Source: Rebecca billardiae RCC1528 | Lineage: Eukaryota > Protista > Haptophyta | Reading direction: 5' to 3' | Assembly (NCBI GenBank): GCA_965240325.2 | Contig: OZ251225.1 | Span: forward strand, 2,790,001 to 2,854,000 | Length of the DNA: 64,000 bases | Shown: positions 47,502 to 57,668 of the stretch, one piece after another | How positions within the stretch are numbered: position 1 is the stretch's first letter | Layout: each line of letters opens with the position of its first letter | The notes under the pieces: model-generated | Database searches by the model: none | The model's input: only the letters and a program-made list of their open reading frames with translations | Told to the model about the DNA's origin: nothing | Position numbers and translations under genes: made by a program

Positions 47502-49157
47502 ATGGCCCTCAGGCTCGGGCTTGCTGTGCTGGCGAGCTCAGCCAGCGCGGCAACGCCGCCCGACTGGGTGCCAGGCTACATGTTTGGCATACCCGCGCTC
47601 ACCGACGGCGAGCTAAGGCTGAAAACGCCCACGCTGTGCGATCGCGCCGAGGGCGGCGCGCATCCCGGCACGTGCGCGGCGCCGCGCGTGATCCCCACGC
47701 TTGGCCCCCCTATCGAGCCGTGGCCGCCCACCCCCGAGCTGCGAATCGACCAGTTCAATGCGGCAGTGGCCCGGCTACTCCCTGCCGAGGCGCATCAGCT
47801 TGGCGTGCCCCGCGCGCAGTACATCATGGTTTTCAACGAGCGCGGCTACAGCGAGTGCTCACGAGCCTACCGCGGCCCTAGCCGCAGCCGCAAGCGTTCG
47901 AGCGACCCGACGGACTTGAACCGCCCCACTGTATACGTTGGCGTCGCACTACTCAGCGGCTCGATGCAGGAGCTCGCGCGCGGTCCGGTGGAGCCCATAG
48001 CTGCTTGTGATCATCTCTTGGACTGCCGGCTGCTCCGTGAGCCGTCTGAGCCACATTGGAGAGTTGGCAACGGCCTGGGCGGGACGGGCGCGCTCTGGGC
48101 GTCGTGCCTGTGCAAGAAAAGATCCGTTGTCAACGGCCGCATGCAGAACGCCAACGCGGTGGGGCCGCTGTTCCTCGAGTGCGCGAGCACCGCCCAGCCC
48201 GAGCCTGGCGCTGGCACCGCAAGCCAGCCCTCCTCCTCGCCGGGTCCGTGCGGCCTGCGCGCGCGGCTCCTCTCGGACAGCCTGGGCGGGTACGTGAACG
48301 CTTCGATGGCGCAGGGCAAAGCCCTCGGCGTGTCCGCAACTCCTCACGAGCGGAACACCCTGCCCTTCTGGTACGGCGAACGGCTGCACATTCTCTGGGG
48401 CCTGAGGGGGAAGCCCAGGTCTGGATACGTGATGAGCGTGGTCGCGGTGAACGCCAGCCTGGGCGAGGCCACGACCGCCGAGGGTGGCCGGGGCTTCCGT
48501 GCGCTCCGATCCGCAGACATGCCACCGAACCGCGTCCTCCCGCTCGTGCGGCCCGAGCAGCTCGCACCCCCGACGAGCCACGCGCGCGCGCCGGCGCACG
48601 ACCCGGTGCGGGCGCCCCTGATGAGCCCCTGGATGGATCGGATGCACCTCTCGGCGGGGCCGCTCCTGCTGCCGCGCACGAACGAGCTGCTGCTGCTGGC
48701 GCACGTGCATAACAGGGAGGGCACCAGCTCGGCGGTGACGCTGGGCCCGGCAGCGGCCGCGGAGGACCCCTCGGCACTGGCGCGCGCACTCCTTGCTAAC
48801 GGAACCACCAGATTCACCCACCACTACACGCAGATGATGCTCGTGCTCGACGCGCAGCCGCCCTTCACCTTGCGACGGCTCGGCCCGGAGTGGTGCTTCC
48901 CCGCGCTCAGCTCGTCGTCCGCGGCTCACCCCGACTGCGAGAGCATCCAATTCGTATGCGGCATGGAGGCCGTGCACCCGCCTGTCGCAGAGCGCATGCG
49001 TTACGCACGCTCGGCGGGTGAGCGCTTTGACCGACCGTCACTGCGCTTTTCGTATGGCGTGAACGACTGCACGGTCGGGGTGGCAAGGGTGGCTCTGGAC
49101 GAGGTGGTCACAGGGCTGCGCCCGGTGGAGGCCTGGCAAGCCGCCCTCGCAGCGTGA
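47502..49157 (+). CDS. Secreted protein, probable five-bladed beta-propeller glycosyl hydrolase/transferase-like
   Basis: Signal peptide; ERNTLPF (EKNW-like), PPFTL, IQFVCG and SYGVNDC motifs. Confidence 0.6.
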   Translation: MALRLGLAVLASSASAATPPDWVPGYMFGIPALTDGELRLKTPTLCDRAEGGAHPGTCAAPRVIPTLGPPIEPWPPTPELRIDQFNAAVARLLPAEAHQLGVPRAQYIMVFNERGYSECSRAYRGPSRSRKRSSDPTDLNRPTVYVGVALLSGSMQELARGPVEPIAACDHLLDCRLLREPSEPHWRVGNGLGGTGALWASCLCKKRSVVNGRMQNANAVGPLFLECASTAQPEPGAGTASQPSSSPGPCGLRARLLSDSLGGYVNASMAQGKALGVSATPHERNTLPFWYGERLHILWGLRGKPRSGYVMSVVAVNASLGEATTAEGGRGFRALRSADMPPNRVLPLVRPEQLAPPTSHARAPAHDPVRAPLMSPWMDRMHLSAGPLLLPRTNELLLLAHVHNREGTSSAVTLGPAAAAEDPSALARALLANGTTRFTHHYTQMMLVLDAQPPFTLRRLGPEWCFPALSSSSAAHPDCESIQFVCGMEAVHPPVAERMRYARSAGERFDRPSLRFSYGVNDCTVGVARVALDEVVTGLRPVEAWQAALAA

Positions 49158-49386
49158 AATGATACGGCCACTCGGAGTAGTAGAGTCTGCTATATATATT
49201 TTAATTTTCTTCTATTATAATATATATATATATAGTGATAATATTGCTGAGTCATTGCCGAGTCAGACTCAGAGAATGGTCTGCGTTCAATAGACTTCGT
49301 GTCGGCGATCGCGCACTGCCGCCGACGAATCAGGAGTCACCCGCGTCGTCCGACGTCCCGTACTACTATTACCTGTGTCGTTAGAC

Positions 49387-49456
49387 GTTAAATCATCATC
49401 ATAGAACTACGAGTCATGCTGGTTAAATCATCATCATAGAACTACGAGTCATGCTG
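49387..49456 (+). repeat. 35-bp perfect tandem duplication
   Basis: gttaaatcatcatcatagaactacgagtcatgctg x2. Confidence 0.95.
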
Positions 49457-50238
49457 GCTATCTAAATGATGCTGCGCAGCTGCGCTGATGCTGCGACTCA
49501 GCGACGACAGCGTCGCATGATGAATCATGATACGACGATGACATCAACATTTGCTGCGGTTTCTATACGACTAGCTTACTGAGGAGTCTGTACTCGTCTG
49601 TACATAGCTCAAGACCTCAAGCCGTGTCGTAGTAGCAGCGCGCATCGTACCGATTTAGTTATGACGGTACAGCTGCCGGCTGGCCGTTCACGCACTCTGC
49701 GACCTGTGACCTGCTCAACCTAGCTGGGGCTGCTACGACCTCGTACGACCGTCGTCGTAGCAGTATAGGTACGAATACTTACTGCGCTACTCGTCCGTCT
49801 CGGCCGGCGGTATATATTTGACAATGTCTGCTAAGCAATCAGTAGTCTACTATCTATATCGACGCGCTGTCAATCGTCAGCAGGTAACTCGGATGATCCA
49901 TATATCATCATCATTGGCATCGCGAATTTTAATGTATAATTATTAGAGTCGGATGACACTCTGTGCAGTCGATCTGTCTGAGGCCATATGATGATGAATA
50001 ATCCGCCATACTATGGCACCAGTGTCAGTGACAGTGACGTACTGAGTGACACGGATCGGATCGGCGACGATGCCTGCCGACGACTGATGATGCTGCGCGG
50101 ATCGATCGGAGTTCGATACTGATGTGCGCGATGACGATATAGCTACGATCACGATGCGATGACGACGTATCATCATGATGATGAATAATCATGCGCTGAT
50201 GATCGTCAGGGTCGTGCCGCTCGACAGGCGACAGCGAC

Positions 50239-51558
50239 CTAGAAGTCGAGCACGGCGGCGAAGTTGGCGCGGTCGTGTAGCAGCAGCTCACCGTCCGCCT
50301 CCCGCCGCCACGTGGACGCAGCGAGGTCGAACGTGAAGACGGAGCGGCTGGGCGTGCCCAGCAGCTCCGTGTGCGACAGTGGCTCAGCAGCCGCAGCCTC
50401 CGCAGCGCCATTCTCGCCCGCCGCCGCCGCCGGCGGCGTGCTGTCACTCTGAGCGCGCGGCGTGGGCCCATCCGGCCGGCCGTCAACGTCGTCCGCCGCG
50501 CCGGTCTTGTCGCCACCGACGGCGTACAGCCTGCCGCGCGCGTCGAAGAGCGCGGCGTGGAAGCCGCGACCGGCCGGCATCGGCGGCAGCGGCAGCCACC
50601 GGTTCGTGCGCGTGTCGAGCACCTCCGCCTCGGCAAGCATCTCGCCGCCATCGCTCGTGCCGCCGCACACGTACAGCCGGCGGTCTGGGCCGATGCTAGC
50701 GCTGTGCCCCGAGCGGCAGCAGCGCATGGGCGCGCCCGGGAGCCAGCCACGCTCACCACTCCCCGAAAGCGGCAGGTATTCCACCGAGTTGTGGTACGCG
50801 CTCTCTCCGCCGTAGCCCCCGAGGGCGTACAACGCGCCCGCGCACCGCACGTGAGCGACCGCCAGCCCGCAGCGCCGCTCGAGCATCTCAGGGCCCGCCA
50901 CCCACGCGCCGGACTCTGGGCGGTACAGCTCCGTCGAGGCGTGGCAAGTGGCTCCGACCCACGGGCTCGTGCCGCCTCCAAGCGCCATCACGGCCGTGCC
51001 GCCGACGCACGCCGCGCCCGGAAACGCGCGAGTCACGCTCATCTCCTCACGTAGTGGCGACCACTCCGCACTTTCACCGCGCGCGCCGGCTGGGCGACGC
51101 ACGGCGCACGAGGCGAGGGCACGTGCCTCGGCCTCGTCCGGAGGCTGAACCCAGCCGCCGACCGCGTAGATGCTGCCGTCCGACGTCCGAGCGCACGCGA
51201 GGGCCTGACGGCTGCCGGGCTCGACTGGGTCGCCGTCGACTGGTGGCAGGCTGAGGGTGAATGGCTGGCCCGTGCCCGTACTGTGCGGGGAGGAGGTGGA
51301 GCCGCCGACGAGCATCACGTGCGATCGCGATTGCAGCCGGGTGTGGGCATGCCAGAGCGCGGGCGCATCATCTAGCTCGCCCATCTCCGGCGCCAGCCAG
51401 CCCCACTGCCGCTCGAACGTACTGCGCCATGCGACGGCGTTGCTCCTGCCCAGCGTCGCGCGCAGGCCCCGGCATGTGGACGCGAGGTGTGCAAGATCGT
51501 CTAGATCGCACGGCTCGATGATGTGGTGAAGGAGCTCACTGGGGAGCTGCGCGAGCAT
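50239..51558 (-). CDS. F-box/Kelch-repeat protein
   Basis: LAQLPSELLHHI...LASTCR F-box; Kelch repeats IYAVGG, LYALGGY, LYVCGG, LYAVGG. Confidence 0.88.
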   Translation of the reverse strand: MLAQLPSELLHHIIEPCDLDDLAHLASTCRGLRATLGRSNAVAWRSTFERQWGWLAPEMGELDDAPALWHAHTRLQSRSHVMLVGGSTSSPHSTGTGQPFTLSLPPVDGDPVEPGSRQALACARTSDGSIYAVGGWVQPPDEAEARALASCAVRRPAGARGESAEWSPLREEMSVTRAFPGAACVGGTAVMALGGGTSPWVGATCHASTELYRPESGAWVAGPEMLERRCGLAVAHVRCAGALYALGGYGGESAYHNSVEYLPLSGSGERGWLPGAPMRCCRSGHSASIGPDRRLYVCGGTSDGGEMLAEAEVLDTRTNRWLPLPPMPAGRGFHAALFDARGRLYAVGGDKTGAADDVDGRPDGPTPRAQSDSTPPAAAAGENGAAEAAAAEPLSHTELLGTPSRSVFTFDLAASTWRREADGELLLHDRANFAAVLDF

Positions 51559-51731
51559 GGAGGCCTCCGTCCTGACCAGCGCCAGAGTGAAGGGGCGGCG
51601 GGCGTGAGGGCGGCGGGCAGGGGAGGGGACAACTCGCAAGCGCAGTATGGTAGCGATTTCAGATTCCAGTCACCGCGCGGGCGGTCCGAACCGCCGCCGG
51701 CCGCCGCCGGAGCAGCCATCTTGCAAGGCCC

Positions 51732-52760
51732 TTGCATCGTGCATCCGAACTTATGGTACTGCGCTCTCCCGGCAGCATGGTTGCGGCGTCCGGCGCCGCG
51801 TCCGTGATGGCTTGCAATCGACGCACCGCGTGGTGGGCGATTGCACGCAGCATCTGGATGGCATTCAGCGCGCTGCCGGCTGGTGTCGCCCGCACGCGCC
51901 CACCCGTGACGCAGGAGCGTGTCGTGTACGTGCACATCCCCAAGACGTCGGGCACGTCCGTCATCGCCTCACTCGCGCTCGCACGGGCAAACTTCTGCTT
52001 TGTGGACACGACCGGGCTGACCGTCGAGGTGAAGCGGCGACACTTTGGGATGCGCACATGCCGCATTGCGTCTGTCGTCATCATGGAGCGCGCATGGGCG
52101 GCCCGACCCATCCCTCCAGGCCTGCCCGCCTTCCCTTCGTCCTACCTCAAACCTGCCGAGAGGGTCCTCGCGCTCGCGCTCGTGCGCGAGCCTGCGTCGT
52201 GGCTGAGCTCAACGGTGATGCAGCTGTGCTGCGCAACGCCCGATTGCACGAAGCTCAAGCCGCGAGCGACTGGCGCCGTCGCGCCGTGCGCTCCCGTCCG
52301 CGCCCTGCTCAGCGGCAACGCCACTCCCTCCGACGCCCTCACCTTCCAGCGCGGGCTGGACGCCTGGCTGGGGTCCAGCGTGAAGTACTACTACCGGAAC
52401 CCGAGCATACAGAGCCAGATGCTCGGCGGGGTGATCGACCGTGCGCCGAACTACCTCGTGTGCGCGATGGACCAACGCGCGAGAGTGCTCGCGGCGCTCA
52501 GCGCCGTGACCGGGCGGCACGTTGTCGACGTGCACAAACGGGCCAACTCGCACGCCTTCGGCACCGCCCAGGGACACCTCCCTCTCACCGCTGCGCACCT
52601 CTCGACGCTGCAGGCGGATATGGCACTATGGGCCCGGCTGCGCTCCGCATCGACCGGCTGCGTTTATAATCTCACGTCGGCGCGATACAGCCATGCCCTT
52701 GCCCCTGTCCTCGGCATGCCCGCTGCCAGCCGCAGAGACCAGAGTCAGAGCCTTCGGTGA
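51732..52760 (+). CDS. Sulfotransferase family (Sulfotransfer_2-like) protein; start uncertain
   Basis: 5'-PSB-like YVHIPKTSGTS and 3'-PB-like LVREPASWLSS. Confidence 0.7.
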   Translation: MHRASELMVLRSPGSMVAASGAASVMACNRRTAWWAIARSIWMAFSALPAGVARTRPPVTQERVVYVHIPKTSGTSVIASLALARANFCFVDTTGLTVEVKRRHFGMRTCRIASVVIMERAWAARPIPPGLPAFPSSYLKPAERVLALALVREPASWLSSTVMQLCCATPDCTKLKPRATGAVAPCAPVRALLSGNATPSDALTFQRGLDAWLGSSVKYYYRNPSIQSQMLGGVIDRAPNYLVCAMDQRARVLAALSAVTGRHVVDVHKRANSHAFGTAQGHLPLTAAHLSTLQADMALWARLRSASTGCVYNLTSARYSHALAPVLGMPAASRRDQSQSLR

Positions 52761-52858
52761 GACGAATAACTCACAATATAGTAGTGATAATAAGCTAGCA
52801 GCATATATGACGCGACATCATGGCGGGTACTGTGACACGTAGACGTATATATACGTAT

Positions 52859-52864
<6 letters not shown>

Positions 52865-52897
<33 letters not shown>
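52865..52897. repeat. (TA)n microsatellite
   Basis: Perfect TA run. Confidence 0.95.
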
Positions 52898-52899
<2 letters not shown>

Positions 52900-53141
52900 G
52901 AATGGCGTCGTATACGTAGTGGCACCGACCTACCGTCAGTCCTACCGCGCGGTTGAAGTTACTAAAAGTTTCAAGTTACTATAGTCTGCTTCAGCAGTAA
53001 CAGTGGTAGTAAGTGGATGATGATCCAGCTGCTGACAGTGAGACAGTCTGCTGAATCAGCGGCGCCATCAGCACGAGTCTCGTGATTCGAGCCGCCGGCG
53101 ACAGCCTCAGGCCTGCCCGGGGCGCAGCACTCAATGACTCA

Positions 53142-54758
53142 TCAGGGCGCGTCGTGTTCGCGGCCGGGATCCCGTTGTCCGCCACTGAGACGGCGCTGTT
53201 TGCGACCTGGGGTCCCACTCCCGGCCTGCACGCCGGTGCCAGCACCGGCAGGGCCCATGCCGCCGATGCTGCCCGGTGCCGTCCCCGTGCCCGTCCCAGC
53301 ACGCTTCAGCGGTTCGTCCACCTCCGTCGGGGCATCGCGGGCGCGCTCTTGCGCGCACGCGCTCAAGCTGCGCTTCGCACTCGGCGCTTGCTCCGCCAGC
53401 ACCGCCGCATGCGCGTCATGCGCCAGGCGCTCGAGGACGTGCGCATCGAGCACGATGCGCTGCGCCACGGTGCGCGTTGCGCGCAGCTCAGCGAGAGCAC
53501 GCGTCGCCAGCCTCGCCACGTGGGCGCCGAGGGCGATCAGATGCTCCCAGTGCGCCGCGCACGCGTCGAGCGGCCACGCGCGCGGCCCTTGGAGCTCAGC
53601 CCCACCCGCGTGCGCCGACGCTGCGTCGCACACCCCGTGCGCGGCGCACGCGTCGTCCAGCGCGCACGCCGTGCACTCGAGGAGGCGGGCGAGGTGGGGC
53701 GCGCAGACGCGGAAGTGCAGGGCGCTCAGCCGGGCGAGCACCCACGGATGCACACGCCAGAGCTGGGCCCTGAGCGCGTCCTCCGCCAGGAGGTGGTCCA
53801 GAAGGACACCATCCACAGCGTGCCGCGCGCCTCGCAAGTCCAGCTCGGCGGCGAGCTCGTCGTGGCCGGGCGCACGCGCGCGCGCGTGACCTGTGCGCGC
53901 CGCGGCCGTGCCAGCAATGAGCATGCACGCAAGGACCTCGAGGCACGCGCTGTCGCGCCGGCCGTACGGCAGGATATTGCTCGTGATCCACTCGATGAGC
54001 TGCTCGCGCTCGCCCTCGGGGAACCGGCTGATGATCTCTTCGCGCAGCAGGCGGCCCACGGTCATGCGCTGCGCGAACGCGTAGCAGGTGACGGGCACGG
54101 CGGCGCCGCGCTTCGGCGCACCGCCATCCTCCGTGCCGGGAGGGAGGACGTGGCCCGAGCCGAAGGCCGAGAGCGAGCGCGACGTGCTGTCGAGCACGGA
54201 TGCTACCCGCGAGGCTGCGGCGATGTGCTCGTCCAGCCGGCGCGCACGCTCGACCTCAGCGCGCAGGAGCTCGCTCCCCGCAAGGCCCGATGGGTCCGCG
54301 CAGGCGGCGCATGGTGGCGGGATTGGCGCATTCGCCAGGTCTGCCCACACCGTCGGCAAGAGCTTGGCGGGCGTGAAGCGGTTGAGCAGGAGCGCGCGGT
54401 ATAGGAGCGCCGGCGCGCATAGGAGCGCCCTGCACGACAGCTCCAGCTTGATGCCCTGCACGCGCTGCACGTCGGCCAGGTACGCATCGACCTGCTTGAT
54501 CTCAGCGGGGTCGGCGAGCCTGACGATGGCCTTCTGCATGTAGCCGGCCCAGCGCTTCGCCGTCTCGTACGTCGGCGTATTCCACTGCCTCGCCTGCTGG
54601 TCCCCGGCCATCGCCATCACGCGCACGTACTGCTCCACCTCCTTTGTGAAGCCGTGCGACGACATCACGGGCGCTCGGCCCGCCATCGCGTCCAGGCAGC
54701 CCTTGACCCAGGGACCGGTCACCGGGCAGTCCGGAATAATGCCGGAGGGGGATGCCAT
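53142..54758 (-). CDS. FANCF-like protein (Fanconi anemia core complex)
   Basis: RQWNTPTYETAKRWAGYMQ resembles FANCF W-D-x-x-T-V-R-R-A-L-Q-W-A-R-Y, followed by LLxxxLLxN; helical remainder. Confidence 0.55.
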   Translation of the reverse strand: MASPSGIIPDCPVTGPWVKGCLDAMAGRAPVMSSHGFTKEVEQYVRVMAMAGDQQARQWNTPTYETAKRWAGYMQKAIVRLADPAEIKQVDAYLADVQRVQGIKLELSCRALLCAPALLYRALLLNRFTPAKLLPTVWADLANAPIPPPCAACADPSGLAGSELLRAEVERARRLDEHIAAASRVASVLDSTSRSLSAFGSGHVLPPGTEDGGAPKRGAAVPVTCYAFAQRMTVGRLLREEIISRFPEGEREQLIEWITSNILPYGRRDSACLEVLACMLIAGTAAARTGHARARAPGHDELAAELDLRGARHAVDGVLLDHLLAEDALRAQLWRVHPWVLARLSALHFRVCAPHLARLLECTACALDDACAAHGVCDAASAHAGGAELQGPRAWPLDACAAHWEHLIALGAHVARLATRALAELRATRTVAQRIVLDAHVLERLAHDAHAAVLAEQAPSAKRSLSACAQERARDAPTEVDEPLKRAGTGTGTAPGSIGGMGPAGAGTGVQAGSGTPGRKQRRLSGGQRDPGREHDAP

Positions 54759-54806
54759 CGTGAAACTGGCCACTGGCCGTGCGACAAGGGCTCGGCGCGC
54801 GGCGCG

Positions 54807-55908
54807 ATGCAGACAACCAACGACAAGTCGCTCGAGTACAACCTCGGCGTGCTGAAGAAGCACGACTCGCGCATCACCCGAGTCATCCAGACGGCCGGCC
54901 ATGCGGTCGTCTACGTGTACAAGGATGACTCCGGCGCGGACTCGCCGTGGGAGAGGCATAACGTCGAGGGAGCGCTCTTCGTGGTCGAGCGGAGCGAGGC
55001 GCCGCGCTTCCAGCTCTGGATCCTCAACCGGCTGAGCACGGATAACCTAGTCGAGAATGTGACCGCGGACTTCGCCATCGAGGTCTCCGAGGAGGTGCGC
55101 GCTCCCACTTGACCTGCCCCGCGCGTTGTCATGCGCTCACACCGCGGCCGCGCGCCCGCGCGCCCGACACACGCCTCCTGCCGCACAGTTCCTGCTGTAC
55201 AAGAACGATCTCGGAGAAGTGCTCGGCCTGTGGTTCTACAACTCAGCCGATCGGGACGCCATCGCAGCTCTCATCCAGGGGTAGGCCGCCCGCCCGCGCT
55301 CTTCGTTGCGCTACGCGCGCGCGGGTCTCACGCGCTCTGGCGCGCCGCGCCGCGCCTGCGCGCGCAGGCTTGTGGACCAGGAGCAGGTCACACCAGGGGA
55401 CAGCGGCGCTCAGGCAGCTCAGCCGCCGGCGACCGGCCCCAGCAGTACGGTCGACGCGTTCTTCGCCGCCGCACGCAACGCCACCGCGCAGCAGATCCAA
55501 TCGCCGCCAACGGCACCGCAGCCGGCTGCAGTGCCCACGCCGCAGCCGCTGACCGACGATGCGATCGGCCTGCTCAGCCGGCTGCAGGTCGGCGGGCAGG
55601 CGGCGCGCTCGCCATCCGCACCTGCGCAGCCCGCGCCCATGGGCAGCCCTGTGGGCGTGCCGCGCGTGCAGCTCGACGCCGCGCTGCGCGAGGCGGTGCG
55701 CGCGGCCGTGGTGCGTGTCGTGTCGGAGGATCGGTTCATGGCGATCGTGGAGGAGGAGTACAGCAGGCGCGTTGGGGCGCAGCCCGTGGCGTCGCCGGTG
55801 GGCTCGCCCGCGCCCCCCGCGGGCACGGGCGTCGCGCCCGCCGTCGATCCGAAGGACGGCAACGCCCTGCTGCAGCACCTGCTCTCGGGAGTGGCAAAGC
55901 CCCAGTGA
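54807..55908 (+). CDS. DCP1: mRNA-decapping enzyme subunit DCP1; introns 55095-55188 and 55281-55367
   Basis: NLGVLKKHDSRI, WERHNVEGALFVVER, ILNRLSTDNLVE, FLLYKN, GLWFYN; C-terminal trimerisation-like helix. Confidence 0.92.
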
Positions 55909-56796
55909 GGACGCGTGCTGGCCGCTGCTCGCAAGGCGCTGCTTTGTGCGGAGGCCCCGGCGCTGACCGCCTCCGAGCTATTGGTACATGGGCCGCAGCG
56001 CTTGCGGTTGCCCGTTGCACGGGACGGACGTGGCACGTGCTGATTGCGCCGAAGTGCGCTCTGCAGGCTTCCGCTCCTCTGGCATCGCGCCTGGCTGGCC
56101 GGGCGCAGCGCAGCCCGCAGCAGTGTGACCAATTTTTACCCGCGAGGTCCACCACATTGGCACCAGCCAGGCTCAGCGTGCCCGCCCGGGTCCGGGCCCC
56201 GCCGCTCCTGCATCGGCTGCGGGCGGCCCTTGGCACCCGCCCGATTGCCTTTGAGCCGTCGGCGGCTGATGATTTGGCAGCGCCGCGTCAGGCCGCTCCG
56301 GCCTCCGGGTCCGGGCGTGTGTCATTGACATTGTGAGTGTGACACTGACACTGTCAGACAGGGCTCCTCAGGCTACACGGCCCGCTAGTGCCTAGTTACA
56401 GTCACAGAATACAGGGGCCACGCGGGCTTTTAAACGGCCCGCGCCATTTATCATCAGCAGCAACAATTTTTTTAAAAATTATCAGTATATTATCACGGCA
56501 CGCTCGGCGCAGATATCTGAGTCTGACTATGGCTCGGCAGATGAGTGAGATGAGGCCGGAGCCACTAGACTAGTGGGCCAGAGTATCTACTGCGACGCCC
56601 GACTCCGCGCGTCGCACTGCCACTGCTCGGGTGGCTGCGCCGGCGCACGACACGATCGGACCGTCACCCGTGCCGCGCTGACCGGGGGCGGGCGCCCGCC
56701 CGAGTGCTGGCACCAATCAACGCCTCTGCCAAAACGACTTCAGGCTGCTGCTGCTCATCAGCAGCGCGCGCACAAATAGCACACCATCAATCCGTG

Positions 56797-57498
56797 TCAT
56801 TGTTCGCCGGGAATCATCTCTCCACGCGCGCGCATGCGCGCCGCTTTGAAGCGCGAAACTGTGGGCGGGGCCGCAGGCTTTTCAACCTCTGGCTCCGACG
56901 GCTCAGTAGCCGCAGCGACGCCTGACGCCATCGGGGCTGCTCCATCCGACGTGGTGGCAGTCTGCCGAGCGTCGGCCTTTTGCTCAAGGAGCGGCGGAGC
57001 AGAGCCGTGTCGGCTCTGCTCCTCCTTGCTCGCAGCCTCCTCCCTCTCCTCCTCATACGGCTCTCGGATGTCGACGACGTCCTCCGCGGCCGCCTGCTCC
57101 GCCAGTCTGCTCACCTCCTCGGCCTGCTCGAGCCGTGTTTCGAGCTGCTCGAGCTCGGCCTCGGCAACTGCAAGCTGCTCATCCACGACGCGTGCTCTTC
57201 GCTCACATATCTCAGAGGCTTGGCTCGCCGAGCGCAGCGCAAAGTGATTGTCGCCGAGCAGCACCATGATCTCATTCGTGTGGTACAGGCGTCCTGGCAC
57301 GCAGGCAACCTTGCAGAGCGGGACCATCACCTCGTGCTCGACGCGGCCAGGGAGCTCGCGCAGCGTGTGGTGCAGCTGTGCGTACTCTGAGCGTGCGCAT
57401 CGTAGCTGCGCCACACGCGCGACCTGCTCCTCCACCGACTGGCGCAGCTCGCGCGCGAGCCGTGCCACCTGTGCAGGATCCACGCCGAGATGCGCCAT
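56797..57498 (-). CDS. URI1: Unconventional prefoldin RPB5 interactor (URI1/Bud27)-like
   Basis: VMVPL..GRLYHTNEIMVLLGDNHF prefoldin-alpha motif; C-terminal VSRFKAARM URI box. Confidence 0.85.
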   Translation of the reverse strand: MAHLGVDPAQVARLARELRQSVEEQVARVAQLRCARSEYAQLHHTLRELPGRVEHEVMVPLCKVACVPGRLYHTNEIMVLLGDNHFALRSASQASEICERRARVVDEQLAVAEAELEQLETRLEQAEEVSRLAEQAAAEDVVDIREPYEEEREEAASKEEQSRHGSAPPLLEQKADARQTATTSDGAAPMASGVAAATEPSEPEVEKPAAPPTVSRFKAARMRARGEMIPGEQ

Positions 57499-57668
57499 CG
57501 CGGTTCGCGCTCGATTTGATTAGTGCTTTTCTTTTTCCGCACGAAAACATAAACGGATAAACCCCATCGTGCGGTTACAAGGCTCAGACTGCACCGCTAC
57601 CGGCCGGAGCCTCCGCCATCGTTCAAGTTGAGGGAGAGCGAGCAGGAGCAAGTGAGTGGTAACGCTCC

